Source: Octopus bimaculoides (taxonomy: Eukaryota). Taken from it: a DNA stretch of 64,000 nt. Each line of letters starts with the position of its first letter. Positions within the stretch are counted from its first letter, which is position 1. The position numbers were made by a program, and so were the translations under genes. Of this stretch, positions 10,728 through 24,599 are shown one piece after another. The notes under the pieces are model-generated. The model did no database searches and was not told the DNA's origin. It saw only the letters and a list, made by a program, of their open reading frames with translations. Location: positions 12,733,598-12,797,597 of the forward strand of contig NC_068990.1 in assembly GCF_001194135.2 (NCBI RefSeq), read 5' to 3'.

Positions 10728-11320
10728 AGATTTAGGTTAAGTTCACACAGTATGGCACATTGGAAATGCTATAGGCATAGATTGACCAATGCCTTATGAG
10801 TAAATTTGGTGTTTGGAAACTGTGGAAAGCCTGTCGTGTGTGTGTAGATTTAGGTTAAGTTCACACAGTATGGCACATTGGNNNNNNNNNNNNNNNNNAA
10901 TGCTATAGGCATAGATTGACCAATGCCTTATGAGTAAATTTGGTGTTTGGAAACTGTGGAAAGCCTGTCGTGTGTGTGTAGATTTAGGTTAAGTTCACAC
11001 AGTATGGCACATTGGAGATGCTATAGGCATAGATTGACCAATGCCTTATGAGTAAATTCGGTGTTTGGAAACTGTGGAAAGCCTGTCGTGTGTGTGTGTG
11101 CATATACGTGTGTATGTATGAGTGTATCTTTATGTCTGTGTTTGTCCCCCACCACCCCTTGACAACCAGTGCTGGTGTTTTTATGTCTCTGGGACAGGGA
11201 CCAGTTGAATAAGTACTAGGCTCAAAAAAGAGATAGGCACTGCAGTCAATTCATTTGATTAAAATTCTTCAAGGTGATTCCTCGACATTGGCTGAAGTCT
11301 AATCATTGAAACAAAATAAG
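10728..11320 (+). mobile_element. SINE family A copy whose ~119 bp 5' segment appears three times around a 17-N gap
   Basis: agatttaggttaagttcacacagtatggcacattgg.. starts at ~10728, ~10847 and ~10980. The gap is at 10882-10898. The A-type 3' half follows. Confidence 0.7.
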
Positions 11321-11390
11321 AAGTTTGCTTCCCAGCCACATGTTTGCTGATGGTCTGTGCTGATAAATCCTCATAAGTATACTGAACTGT

Positions 11391-11612
11391 GAGAATCCAA
11401 ACGATGATTTGTGCTTAATATGTCCCAGCATACAGGAATTCTTGATCTTGGAATTACTCTGGTTTATAAGTCTACTCACTCAGTGAACAATGAATGATGA
11501 GAATCCTAACGATGATTTGTGTTTAATATGTCTCAGCATACAAAATTACTTGATCTTTATTGGAATTATTTTGGTTTATAAATCTGCTCACTGAGAACAG
11601 ACCAAGGGTTAA
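11391..11612 (+). repeat. ~108 bp direct tandem duplication ending in a piggyBac-like terminus
   Basis: gagaatcc(a/t)aacgatgatttgtg..cagcataca..ggtttataa occurs at 11391 and 11499. It ends caagggTTAA. Confidence 0.65.
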
Positions 11613-14600
11613 ACAATAATAGCAGTATAACTGTGTTATAGTTCTAAAATATATCATTTGACATTTGCCACCAATTTTCTTTCTTTTTTTGTTTTTTATT
11701 CTCAATGTCAAGGAAGGATGTTTCTGCAACAAAAAAAAAGTAAAACAAAATGTAACAAAATAAAAAAAAAAAACATGTCAGCTGTTCTAGTATAAAGCAG
11801 CCAATTCTATTAGTTAAATGGGTATCTATAGGAGAACCTCATAACTAAATTCCAGTCAGCTGTAGCAAAAAGTGACTAGATTCTTGTCAGGTGCTGCAGT
11901 AATGTGAATTTGGGAGAGGGATTTACAGCCAAATTTCTTTGGATATTTGTTGCTTATTGCTGGCTCTGTGGTTGTTATTGAATTCTTAAAATTTCTGTCA
12001 TGGAAATGCAGGAGTTTAGTCCTCAGTCTAATTGACTGTTTTCTTTTCTTTTTTTTTTTTGTTGTTTTTGTCATCGTTTATATTATATTTGTTTCTTATT
12101 TATGTTTTGTTTATTTGTTTTACTTTTGGTAACCCAACAGGTATCAAATTTTATCAAATTTACTTTTCTGATAATGAAAAAATTGAACTTGTGCATCCCA
12201 AAGGCATAAGAAAATGAGTGCTTATTTAATAAAGAAAATGTTCCAGTATTCATGTTTTGCAAAGCCACCACTTTGAATTTCCAAAATTCTTAGAGCAGAA
12301 AACTAATCAAAAAACTTTTCTAATTTCCTTTCTGAAACTCCATATGAAAATTATTTCTTTAGGGAGAGACTAACAGAAGCCACTTTACTTCTTATCTTAT
12401 TTTCATCTTGCAAAAGCCATATTTTATGCCTTGTAATCATTTTTTGAATATGTTGTTTGGTCTATGCTGATACCATGTAAGATACCTTGTAAAGTTTGTC
12501 ATTCACCAGCATAAAGCAGTGCAGAGAAAGGGAAATAGATTCAGAGTCTGTGTGAAGAAACTGGAACCGCCAAATTACTTTCTTTACATGTAGATCACAG
12601 GTAGCTAATAATCACTGTAAGAATTCAAAATGAAAATCATGGCTTGGAACTTTTCTCTTTCAGATGAGTTCACAACTAGCTCAACTTTATGGGCCATTAC
12701 ACTTTGTTTCTAATTTATTTGCTGATACCCTTGTTTTTTTTGTTTTTTTTAATAAGTTTATAAAGGGACAGAAGTCTCGGAGTATAAGAAAACATTTGGT
12801 ATAGATACTGCAATTAATAATTCTATGAGGGGCAGTAGAAAGTTCCTGATGGCCTAAATTTGTGATACAGCTCAGATTTTCAATTGTGGTCATTCATTTC
12901 AGTTCTAGAGTAAATGCCTGTTAGAAGAGGACATAAGCATTATAGGATTTTGCTTCCTTTCCTTCATAGATCTCCTGTTTATATATAAACAAATGCGTTT
13001 GAAGATTTAAAGTTAATATTTGCTCAGCTACATCAACAAAAATGTAGCTTCAGACAAATGCAAGTTTAAGGATAAAAAGACAGGTTTGTGTTTCTGAAAC
13101 AAACAATTGTAGCTGCATTTTTTTCAGTTCTGCAAAGCGAATATATATCCTGACCCATTAGCTCTCTTGTAATGCATCATTTCTGTCATTTGTGTGCAAT
13201 AGCTTAAGTATATCTCAAGTGGGAAGGTTATATTAAATTCCCGTTTTCATACTGACTGCTGCATGAAATCACTGTGTGTCAAAATAAAAATTGACAACTA
13301 TGCATCTTATTCCAGCTACTTGTATGCTACACTAACCATATTTCTAGTTCTATAAATGCATATAATAATATAAATGATAATAATGTTTCTTTATTTTTCC
13401 TTTAAGTTTTTGAACAGAAAATATCCATCTAGAAATTTATGAATCAAAGTTTTTCTTTATTTTAAATATATTTTATATAAACATTCATTTGTAATTGCTG
13501 AGGTGATAAAGCCGGATGGCTCTGACTACCCTTCATATGACATAATCTGTAAAGCATCGCTTCGAAATTGTTACTATCTTGCCACTATTGCTATATATCA
13601 TAATAGATCATGGCATTTCAGCAATATCCAGCTTAATTCTTACTTAAGCTGTAAGGGAATTAGAAAATTCCAATTCCTATCAAATATTGCATAGCTATAT
13701 TTTACTTTTTCATAACTTCCAATGACCACTCTCACAAAACTTACAGTGACCACTCAGTCCATTATCAAATAGGTGGCTTCCATCTGTAAGAAATCAGATG
13801 GACTTAATGTGCTTCTCTGCAAGATTTTGATCAGAGATCTATGATATTTTTAAAGGCAGTGACAGATTTGCTTCCACTTGAATACATTGATCACTCAAAG
13901 TATAACAGAAGAAATTCTGCTTGGAATTTCTCCAATACAATCATTTCCTATCGAAGGAAATATGATTAAAGATTTTAAATTTTTCCTTAGTATTGGTATT
14001 GATAAATACTTTGGTCAATGCAGATTCACTTTACCGTAAATTGAGCACACTCTGAAAATTTATGATTGCACCAAAAGAAAATGGATTGCATATGGACTTA
14101 AGTAGATTGATTTTATAATTTGGAATGGGAGATTTAGATGCTTCCTATGAAAGGCTTTTGATTTCAGATACAACTGAAAGTGTGATTTACTTGAAAAGTG
14201 TAACCATTAAATGTTAATGAAATATTACTTCTGTATTCATCTAAAGAAATGAGGGTGGAGGAGTGGAGTAAAACAATGTTTCAAATATAATTTTATCTTT
14301 ATTGGTTAACGTGTGGCATGTAGAGTTGAAATAGCCATATAGGGAAGATATTAAATTACTAACTCTAATTATGTGAGATCATTTTCACTGAAATCATTTC
14401 ACTGTACCTGTGGGTAAAATGCATCATCATATGAGATGCATTTCCTGTAATGTTAAGAAATAATTACCATGGATTTCTAGGAAATTAATTGGTTATGCAA
14501 AAATGTTATATCCAAGTGGTTATTCAATTTTTATCCATTTAATACTACTGAAGCCAAAGTTTACAATTGAAAATAAAAATCCTAATCCAACAAACTTCAT

Positions 14601-15119
14601 ATCATAAATGCCTCTTCTCTTTCTCTGTCTCTTTATCAAACATATATAAATTTATATTCTTTTACTGGTTTCAGTAATTGCGTTGTGACCTCAGTGGGAG
14701 ATCAACTTCAAAGGATGTAGTTGATTATATCAACCTTATATTAGGACTAGCAATTAATGACATTTGTGGATCAATTAAGAAAGACACAGTTGATGAGGCA
14801 TGAAGGGAAGTAACTCAGATAAAATACAAATGGTATTTTTTGCACTACAAACTGATTCTGTCTTCCAATGTAGGCATATATATAAATGTGTGGTTAAGAA
14901 GTTCACTTCCCAACTACAAGGTTTCAGGTTCCCCCCCCCCCTACTGTGTGGCAATTTTGAAAAGTGTCTTCTACTATGACCTGTAGAAGATTTCATAGAT
15001 GGGCACAGTAAGACTGCTCCTAAGTTCTGATGAAATGGACATGTCCTATGTCTCCCATAAAGTTTTAAGTCAAGTCACATGAAGGTGAGTTAAACTGTTG
15101 TTACACACATATATATATA

Positions 15120-15553
15120 TTCTTTTATTCTTTTACTTGTTTCAGTCATTTGACTGTGGCCATGCTGGAGCACTGCCTTTAGTTAAGCAAATCGACCCCA
15201 AGACTTATTTTTTGTAATCCTATTACTTATTCTATCAGTCTCTTTTGCCAAACAGCTAAGATATGGGGACAAACACAGACACACAAATACACACACACAC
15301 ACACATTCTTATATTCTTTTATTCTTGAACTTGTTTCAGTTATTTTACTGTGGCCATGCTGGAACACTGCTCTAAAGGGTTTTTAGTCATAGAAATTGAC
15401 CCCAGGACTTATTTTTTGTAAGCCTAGTATGTATTCTATCGTTCTCTTTTGCTGAACCACTAAGCTATGGAGATGTAAACAGACCAACATCAGTTGTCAA
15501 GTGATGATAGGGGACAAACACAGACACAAAGATACATACAAATAAATAAATAA

Positions 15554-15647
<94 letters not shown>

Positions 15648-15757
15648 GACAGGCTTCAAATCCACTCACAAAGCTTTGGTTGACCTAAGGTTCCACAAAG
15701 TGGGACTGAACCCGGAACCACGTGGTTGGGAAGCAAGCTTCTTACCACACAGCCACA
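15120..15757 (-). mobile_element. Two tandem family A SINEs (3' half 15120-15305; full copy 15306-15757 with a long internal (TA)n)
   Basis: The tail cttttacttgtttcagtcatttgactgtggccatgctggagcac occurs twice. The head gggactgaacccggaaccacgtggttgggaagcaagcttcttaccacacagcc is at the right end. Confidence 0.85.
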
Positions 15758-16889
15758 TATATGTGTATATATACACACACTTACGCATAAACACTCAATA
15801 TGTAAATAAGTATGTATATGTATACATATATATGCATATCTATTTGTCTTTATATATATGTACTCATACACACACACACAGACATACATAGATATAGCCA
15901 AAATGCCTCAGTACATTTTGTCTCCCATACACACACATATACAGGAACACACATATACTTGAAATATTCAAATATGATTTTGAAGAATATATATTAGTTA
16001 TAAAATTATAAAATATTTTCATTTCATTTTACAATTGATGAAACACTACATACTATATTAATTAGTTTTTTGACAAAGAAACTGCAAATGTATCTTTGGA
16101 GAATTTTCACTATTTCATTAAACTGGAAACTAATCTCAGAACATTCAAAGAATTGCACCAAGAAACAGAGTTGTGAGCGTTTTTCTTAAAGCAAATGTTA
16201 TTTACTTTTGATAATCTAAAATCAGCTGACAAATACCTGTACTGTAATACCTCAGTTTATGAGACCCCCAGCTTTACAAGTTTTATTTTTCTAGCATAAG
16301 ATCCAAATTTTGAAGGAAGTGCTAAAGTTTCTACTGCCATAACAAATTCTTCTGTGTGTTACCAAGAAATTTATAGAGATCGTAAAATGGCTTCTTCAAG
16401 CAAACAATTCTAGATGTGGTTTTTAAAAAGAATTCTACGTGTCTGTCTGTGAGTGCTTGTAAATCAGTGATCACAAGTCTAGTGTGAATGAAAGGGATTC
16501 AGAAAATTATTATAATAATTTTATGATAATTCATTGTAATTTATTATAATTTTATTATAAATGATCTTGACATTATTTTTGCATTACATAAAGTATTCTT
16601 TACATTCTACTGTTGCTTTATTGTTATTTATTTATGAGTATTATAAATTTGATGGGTAAAATACTTTTCTGGAAGCGAATTACAATTTATAACATTGCTA
16701 CTATGAGAAATTATTGCTTAATGAGTTTTTGTTAAATGAACGATCTCTGGGAGCAAATGAGCTTGTATATTGAGGTATTACAGTATATCATTTTTGTCAA
16801 TTGTTATTTTTCCCTTATGTGTGTGTTGTAGGAAATGGGAGTGAAGTAGAGCAGTTATGTGTTCCAGTGTTTATATATGTATAAATAAA

Positions 16890-17040
16890 CATCATCATCG
16901 CCACCATTTTAATGTTTGCTTTTCCATGCTTGCATGAGACAGACGGAATTTTTTGAGGCAGATTTTTTATTGCTGGGTGCTCTTCCCGTTGCCAACCCTC
17001 ACATGCTTCTCCATGGCCTGATATGTTTTCAAAGAAGCAA
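16890..17040 (-). mobile_element. SINE family B tail
   Basis: catcatcatc..ttttccatgcttgcatg..gaggcagatttt..gttgccaaccctcac. Confidence 0.7.
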
Positions 17041-19067
17041 TTCCCATTTTAAACTATCGCATGATATAAAGACACAGTGACATAAGCATACACACACTCA
17101 GGCTGTCTCTCCCATTACCCCTTAATGGATGTGTTTCAACATTTACTTCCTTACTCCCATGTAAAAATATACACTAAATAATCATTATAAGTAAAAACTC
17201 ATGTCATTATCAAAACTCTACCTTTAAGATAGTGTGTTAGCTCAGCTCTATGTCTGTTTCTCTTATTAAATATATTTAAGCCAAATGAACAAGTTATTCA
17301 TAATTCTAAAAGGGACCAAATTCGTTTAGAATATACCATATAAATATTCTTTATTTTGAATAATATTTTATATTTCATAACCCATTTTCCTACTTGAAAG
17401 TAGTTCAGCAGAGATACGAGTATATAGGTAGAACTTCATTGTTTAAATATTTAGAGAGAAGTAAGAAATATTAAGCAGAAACAATAGGTAAGACAGTTGC
17501 TGGAATGGGAGCAGAGTCTTAGATAAATCTATGGAGGAGGAGAAAGCTTTCATTAGAGGAACAATGTAAGCAAGAGAATGTAAAATAAAAGAAAATAGCA
17601 TTAATAGAGAAACAGGGTGGAAGGGAAGAAATCAGAACGCAGCAGATGTTATCAAGATCTCTTTAAATATTTAGCAACTATAGTAGAGTTAAACCAGTAA
17701 AATTAATTTGAAATTTAAATTAATCAATGCAATTTGTAGCTAAGAGTCATATACAAAGGCTTTGTATAAGAGGGGATTTAAGGATAAAATCTATAGTATT
17801 AAATCAAATACAACTCAGTAAATCATAGGAATAGAAAAAGAGACATCTGTTGGTTGTTTAGAGGTAGTTATTAATACAAGAAAAATTTTCTTTACGTTAC
17901 TAAAAAGGTATTTCTCACTGTAGTATAGATATTGATGAATCTTTAATAAAAATATGAAGATTTCGTATTTCACTGCAGTTAATTTAACCCAAAATATAGT
18001 CCCTCCTAATCTGGTTTTGATTACTAAGACTGTCCTTACTTTTAACTAGTGCAAGCTCTTTGTTTCACACATCCTAACTCTAACTACTTGAAAAAAGCCA
18101 TTGAGTATCAAAATGATAGAAATACTACAAATACCACCAAATAAGAACCTTCTATAAAGCAAGCTGTTCTGTTGATTCGGATCAACTGGAACTCTCATCA
18201 TCAAAACCGATGGAGTTCCATAAATGCTGATTTGCTACCTGACAAAGTTGTTCATTTTGTGCTCTGTGTATGAGATGTGTAACAGCCATCTAGGGAGAAG
18301 AAGAAGAAGAAAGAAAAAGAAACCATGGGTCTTAATGATATACAAACCTTGTAACTATTTGGCTGTTATAGATATGTATGAATTATGCCATCACTAATGC
18401 ATTTCAAAATATCATTTATTGCTATTACTTGATAGCAACTGGTCTCTGCTCTCTTAATTTTTTTTTTTTGAAACCTTAAGACATAGTTAAAATATTTCTT
18501 GGTGGGTTTTTTTTTAATACTGTGATCTGCTCCCGTAACTTTGCAAAATTATTTTACATATCTTCTATTTACATTACTTCTTGCCATAACTGTTATAAAC
18601 ACTTATCTTTCTTAATACAAATAATCATTAAATTCTTGCATAACCACATTAATATCTAACATATCTTTCAAAATATTTATCAAAAACAAATTTTAGCTTA
18701 TTCTAGGTCTAAACTGAGTTAAATTGATTAATGTAAATTTCAAATTAACTTTACTGTTTTAAAAGTGCTATATTTGCTGAATATACGCAAGAAAAAACTT
18801 TGGCAACAATCACTGCTCTTTGATTTGTCACCCACCACTTCTCTAGTTGTTGTTACTCTTTATTTGATTTACATTCTCTCACTCACACAATCTCCCTTAT
18901 TAAAGCTTTCTCCTTGTCTATAAATTTATCTATGTCCTTCTTCCTTCTGTCTCTAAACTGAATCTGTTTAATATATCCATACATCCACATCCACACACAC
19001 ACACACACACTTTTGGTTGTTTCTGCTTTTCCTCAAATTTTATTTATTATTTATTGACTCTTTACTA

Positions 19068-19121
<54 letters not shown>

Positions 19122-19488
19122 CACATACATCAGTACTTTGTAGAGAAGACATATTTATCGAAGTTTACTGAAATTTAGGCTTTTTTTTCTTCTTAATTTC
19201 AACTGAATTAATTTCACTTTTAATAATTTTCAATTAGTTTGCTAAATTTACCAAACAAATTTTCTTTCCATTAACATTTAATTTAAAATAGTGACAAACT
19301 ATTTATGTTGAAATAGTAAAAATTTTCTTCTTGATTAATTTCATGGATTTATTAGATCTAAACAAGTTTGTTTTTCCTGCAAGAAGGCAATTTGTTTGTC
19401 AATGACAATGTGAACATTTGTCATAATATTTGATATCACTTACAAGACTGCTAAATTCCACCAAATCAAAAATGTCATGAAAAATATA

Positions 19489-19850
19489 AAAGAAGAGCAC
19501 TCAGAGATCACAAACCTCCACCAAGGCAACACCAACGTTCTCTCAACGATTAGCTGGAGATGATTTTTGAAATGAGAATATCTGAAATAAACTTGACTGC
19601 TCTCACAAAGGAGAATACTAAAAATGAACCCAACCGCCCTCAAGAATTTAGTAAAGATATAGGAAAAATAATCCCGAATCCTTGTCCAGTACTAGATCGA
19701 TCCCAAAATCTAATCAGTTCAAGCCAGTTATGAGGCCAAACATCCCTAACAGTTTCATCCGAAATTCTTGAGATATCTTGTCCATGAAGAAACAAACAAA
19801 GAAACACGACTGAAAGCAATACCTCCACCTTTGTTTAGGTAGAGGCAATA
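19489..19850 (-). mobile_element. Helentron-type non-autonomous element (HINE/DINE-1-like architecture)
   Basis: On the minus strand: a 5' hairpin (cctctacct..aggtggagg, 19821-19846), a 3' subterminal ggtggaggt (19514-19522), a decayed short stem-loop and then a T-rich end. The 9-mer acctccacc is identical at both positions. Confidence 0.6.
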
Positions 19851-22179
19851 AAATGGCACTAACAGCAATATGAAATATTGAGAGGATGATCACTGCTAAG
19901 GGCTTACAAAGGATCTTGTAATCTGGTTGGATAGTAAGAGTTATCTGCTTACAGAGATGTTGTATGATGACACAAAGAAACTTGACAGGTCTATTGCTGC
20001 ACACCTCTGACATCTCTAGGGTATAGATTCTGGGAGTAGGGGATGTGTAGATATAACCATTTTGGGGCAACCTATTTGGCATCACTAATTTGATGCTGTC
20101 CTATTACACATTTTAATGTTTCCCTGTCTGTCTGTCTCTCTTTCTCCCCCTCTCTGTGTCTGTCTCTCTTTTGCACTTTCTGTCTGTCAGCCAGCCCCTC
20201 TCTTTCTATCTCTGTGTCTGTCTATTTGCCTCTCTCATTGTCTGTCTATCTATCTATCTATCTATCTATCTCTGCTAATGTATGTGAGCACATTTCTCTG
20301 AATATGTATGGGGAGAGAGAAAGTGTTTGTCATTTATGTTCAGTTAATGAATTTAAAGTCTTTCTCACTTCCTCTTTCTTTCTCTGACTCTTTCTATCTA
20401 TATTTCTGTGTGTGCATGCACACGTATGCGTGAGTGTGTGTATGCCTCCAGTGCCAAACAGTACTGCCACCAAATCAGGCCGAATGTCCAGTGGTGTGGT
20501 GTTCATTTTGTTAAGATGGTAGTCTGTGATTTGAGGGTGATTTGACTAATATTTTATTTAAATAGGTCTAGCAATCATTTAGAAGATTTCTCATCAAACC
20601 ATGGAATTTTTTAATGTGTGTGTGTGTGCTCATGCATAAACTGCTAGTTTTTATAATGGTTCAGTTGGTTTAATTTCCCTGATGTACTTATGATGGTATT
20701 GTTCTAGCATGGCCGCAGACCAATGACCAGGACAAGCTGATTATTCCATTTTTACCTCCATTATTTGCTACACACTGATTTTTAAAAAAAATTTTGTTTG
20801 TGTCATCAACTGCGGTTTGTGAAACTTTTCCTTGGTATTTTTGGTTTATCTTTTTTTTATTTCTTTATTTTTTTTCCTTTATGAAAAGAATCTCATCTAA
20901 CACAAGATCATTCAGTTTATTTTAGCCTCATTGCTTCCCTCAGGCTTCAATACAATATGTTTACTCTCCAAGATGTTCTATTTAATCTTTTGAACAAGCT
21001 TCTCATTCATTCATAGTTTCCTGTTTAGTTCTTCTGGAATTTTGAGTTATTGGCTTTGAATTGGATTAAGCAGCTGCTGCTAGAATATCTTCTGCAGAAC
21101 TAGTGTAAACCCTATTGAATAATATTTGGTTTGCTTGTGTACATTTTTTCTCAAAGAATAAAAGACTGCAAAAGAATAATAAAATAAATCACACATAGAA
21201 AAAAAAAAGCATTTTTTTTTTTCAGTTGGCATTTGATATAGAGCTTACCATGTCATTGTTGTTAGTATAGCTTTTGTTTGAGTAATATCTTTTACAGCTG
21301 AAGGCCCTTCTAATTGTTAACCATTCAGCCGTGAAGTTGGATCCGTATCTTTTGCCAGCCAGTCTGTCCTGCTCAGGCAATCAGAGTTACATGCCTTGTC
21401 CAGATGTAATACAGCTTGAACACGCAACCACATGTTGTTTTCTTTTTGTTTTGATTTTGGTTTCTTCTCCCCCACCACCACCACAATAATGTTGTAACTT
21501 AACCCTTACATTCTTTTACCAAGCATTTATACCTGCTGTTTTGTCTGCAACAGAAACACGGCTGACAAATCTATCGATATTTCAATTCTCTAACTGTTGT
21601 GGGAGTCGGGGAGGATATCATATATTTTGAAGAGAATTATATTTTACTAAAATTGACAATAAAGAAGTATTAGCTAACCAATAGAAATATTATACAAATC
21701 CTTTTGAACATTTGTCATTGATGTGTATGCCTGTTTTCAATAATACCAAAGAAATGTTTTTATTCAATTCCGAGTTGATACTATTTAACTGAAAACAATA
21801 AAATATCACCACCTTAAACTGTATAAATAATAGAAAATATTATATCATAAGGAATTTATTTTTAACAGTTTTGAAAGCACTATTACATACGCAGTAAATT
21901 CTGAAATGGATAAAATAATAAAGAATTTTATTAAATAAAATTGCGAATGTTTGTATGAACTAAAACAGAAAATTGTGTTTAAATTGATATTGGCAATATT
22001 TCTCTATTTCCTGTTTTGCTTTTTTTAAATTTTTTTTTGTTAATATATTTGCTAGGAGAGAAAGTAGTTCCCTTGAATTATTACAGAGCCTCCATGACTA
22101 GTGGGAGGTAGAGAGGGAGGTATTCTTAAAGTAAAAACCTGGCCCAAGGGCTTGCAGCAGAGTGGGTTTTGCTTCAGGT

Positions 22180-22350
22180 AGGGTTGTTTTAGCAGCATTA
22201 TAGGCCCCTGGGCAAATCAATGCACTCGGCCCTATAGTATTTATTGAAAGCAAGCAATGACAAACATCGATTAGAATTGGGTGCCTAGATCTGTGTGGCC
22301 CCCAGGCAACTAACTACCCTGTGTGGTCATGTCTTATGATACCACCGGTT
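22180..22350. mobile_element. Possible degenerate hAT (Tip100-like) MITE
   Basis: GC-rich island with ggcccctgggc near the left end and ggcccccaggcaact near the right end. A similar right terminus (taggcactgcctaccttgcctaccc) is at ~63955-63997. No TSD confirmed. Confidence 0.3.
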
Positions 22351-23281
22351 AGAGACACCAACGATGTCAAGGAGTAGTGTTTAACAAGTTGTTGGGATAA
22401 CTCTAACACCAAAGCCAGCCATGATGAGATTTGAATTCAGAATGCATTGAGCCCGAACAAATATTAAAAATATTCTTACAGTACTGCTCTAGTCCACTGC
22501 TGGGGGTTAGTATTTTTGTATTTTTTTTTTATCATCCCTTAAAAGATAAAGTTAAAGTTAACCTTGGCATGATTTGAACGCAAAGAGCATAGTGTCTGAA
22601 CAAATAACATGATGCGTTCTGTCTCATACTCTTACAACTTTGTCAATTCTTCACAAGTTTTTCTTGATTCAGTAAAATTACTGTTTTGAATATTCTCGAG
22701 GATTGAAAATATGATCATCAAAATCCTTTCATTCATTGTTTCAAAAACTACGCAAACTAAAGGTGCTGTACAATGAAATTGAACCTGCATCTCACAGCAG
22801 TAAAGCAAACTAGTTAATCACTTTCCTATGTCTTGTTGCCTCAGTCTCTCTCACATTCTCTCTTAATATACATAGATACATACATACATATGTATATATA
22901 TATATATATAAATATNNNNNNNNNNTATATATATATATATATTGAGTATAGGATCGTTAAAAGAAAAACATACCCAGACCAAATTGATTTCAGTACTTAA
23001 TGGTATGCTGTAGAGTAATCAGTAATGTGGTTGCCTGGCAAGTGATAGTTATGTGATATGAGTCCCAAATCCAGGGTTTTCTCTCAAATTTCTGCTTTAT
23101 CGCTTCATGTTGAAAATCATATCAGTTAATAGATTCATGGAGTGTTCATATATACATAGTCAGATAAATACATATATACATGTATGTGTCACCCATGTTT
23201 TCACTCTCTCCTTGTGTATGTGTTTGTATGTGTATATATGTGCATATGTATGTATATATGAATATATATGTATATATATAC

Positions 23282-23323
<42 letters not shown>

Positions 23324-23333
23324 NNNNNNNNNN

Positions 23334-23385
<52 letters not shown>

Positions 23386-23494
23386 AATGTGTGTATATAT
23401 ATGTATATATATGTGTGTGTGTGTGTGCATATGCATATAAACATATATACATACATATATATGTGTGTGTATGTAAACATATATATATTTATAC

Positions 23495-23556
<62 letters not shown>

Positions 23557-23834
23557 NNNNNNNNNNNNNNNNNNNNNNNNNNNNNNNNNNNNNNNNNNNN
23601 NNNNNNNNNNNNNNNNNNNNNNNNNNNNNNNNNNNNNNNNNNNNNNNNNNNNNNNNNNNNNNNNNNNNNNNNNNNNNNNNNNNNNNNNNNNNNNNNNNNN
23701 NNNNNNNNNNNNNNNNNNNNNNNNNNNNNNNNNNNNNNNNNNNNNNNNNNNNNNNNNNNTTTTTTTTTTTTTTTTTTTTTTTTTTTTGCATAAATTAGCA
23801 TTTTGTAAATTGAAAAAAAATGTTTGTAGTAGGT

Positions 23835-24230
23835 CTAGGCTTGGCAGCATGGTTAAGAAGCTAGCTTTGCAACTGTTTAGCTTTGGATTCAATCCCACGG
23901 CATGGAACCTTGGTTAAAAAGTATTTTATCTTAGCCCCAGGCAACCAATTCCTTGTAAGTGAATTTGCTTGACTGAAACTGTGTTGGAGATTCATCATGT
24001 CTGTATATAAGTGTGTCTTTGTGTCTGCATTCATCTCTCACATCCTGCCAGCTTGACAACTGATGTTTCTTTATGCCTCTAACATAGTAGTTTGACAAAA
24101 GGGACCAATAGAACAAGTACCAGAATTTTAAAATTAATTTTTAGGGTCAAGTTGTTTGACTAAGCCTTTCGAGGTGGGACCCTAGCGTGACCACAATCCA
24201 ATGACTGAAACAAGTAAAAGATGAATGAAA
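23835..24230 (+). mobile_element. SINE family A, full length, degenerate
   Basis: Head atggttaagaagctagcttt..ggattcaatcccac; tail caatgactgaaacaagtaaaagatgaatgaaa. Confidence 0.75.
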
Positions 24231-24599
24231 ATGTTGCTAAATAGAAAAACTTTCACATACAAAGAAATATTTATGCACCTTTAGCTTTTATAACCCACTT
24301 CAGCATCATAACATCTCTACTCATTTGTATCTCTCATCTGTCCTTTTTATCATGTATATTATCTTCACTAGTTTTGGTCCCACACTAACTAATCTATTCT
24401 CTCTAGAATGTCACCCATGTATATCCTACAACTGTTCAAGTAGAATATCAATCCCATTAATCTCACGGCTCACAGAGGGTCTGTGAAAATTATGAAAACA
24501 TCCCAGAAGAAATATGTTTTAAAATGTCATTATATTGACATAAATTTCAGAAATGTGAGCTCTTTGGAGATTCAACTGTTTATTCATAAAAAAAGGTGA

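Noticed and set aside
10728-11100. Real triplication of a SINE segment
   Set aside because: The copies are nearly identical, straddle a 17-N gap and differ at ~2 sites, as expected for unmerged overlaps or haplotypes. Probably an assembly artefact; long reads would decide.
11493-11594. C/D box snoRNA (ATGATGA..CTGA)
   Set aside because: There is no terminal stem, and the paralogous tandem unit lacks the C box.
19714-20085. 123 aa minus-strand ORF as a gene
   Set aside because: No recognisable motif, and the C-terminal third runs into the Helentron-type element.
23107-23898. Long ORFs rich in YI/IY, X, SL, TH or CV (also 28150-28625, 34861-35217, 35765-37272, 45307-45720, 46975-47321, 50817-51848, 61036-61394)
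   Set aside because: They are translations of microsatellites and N gaps.
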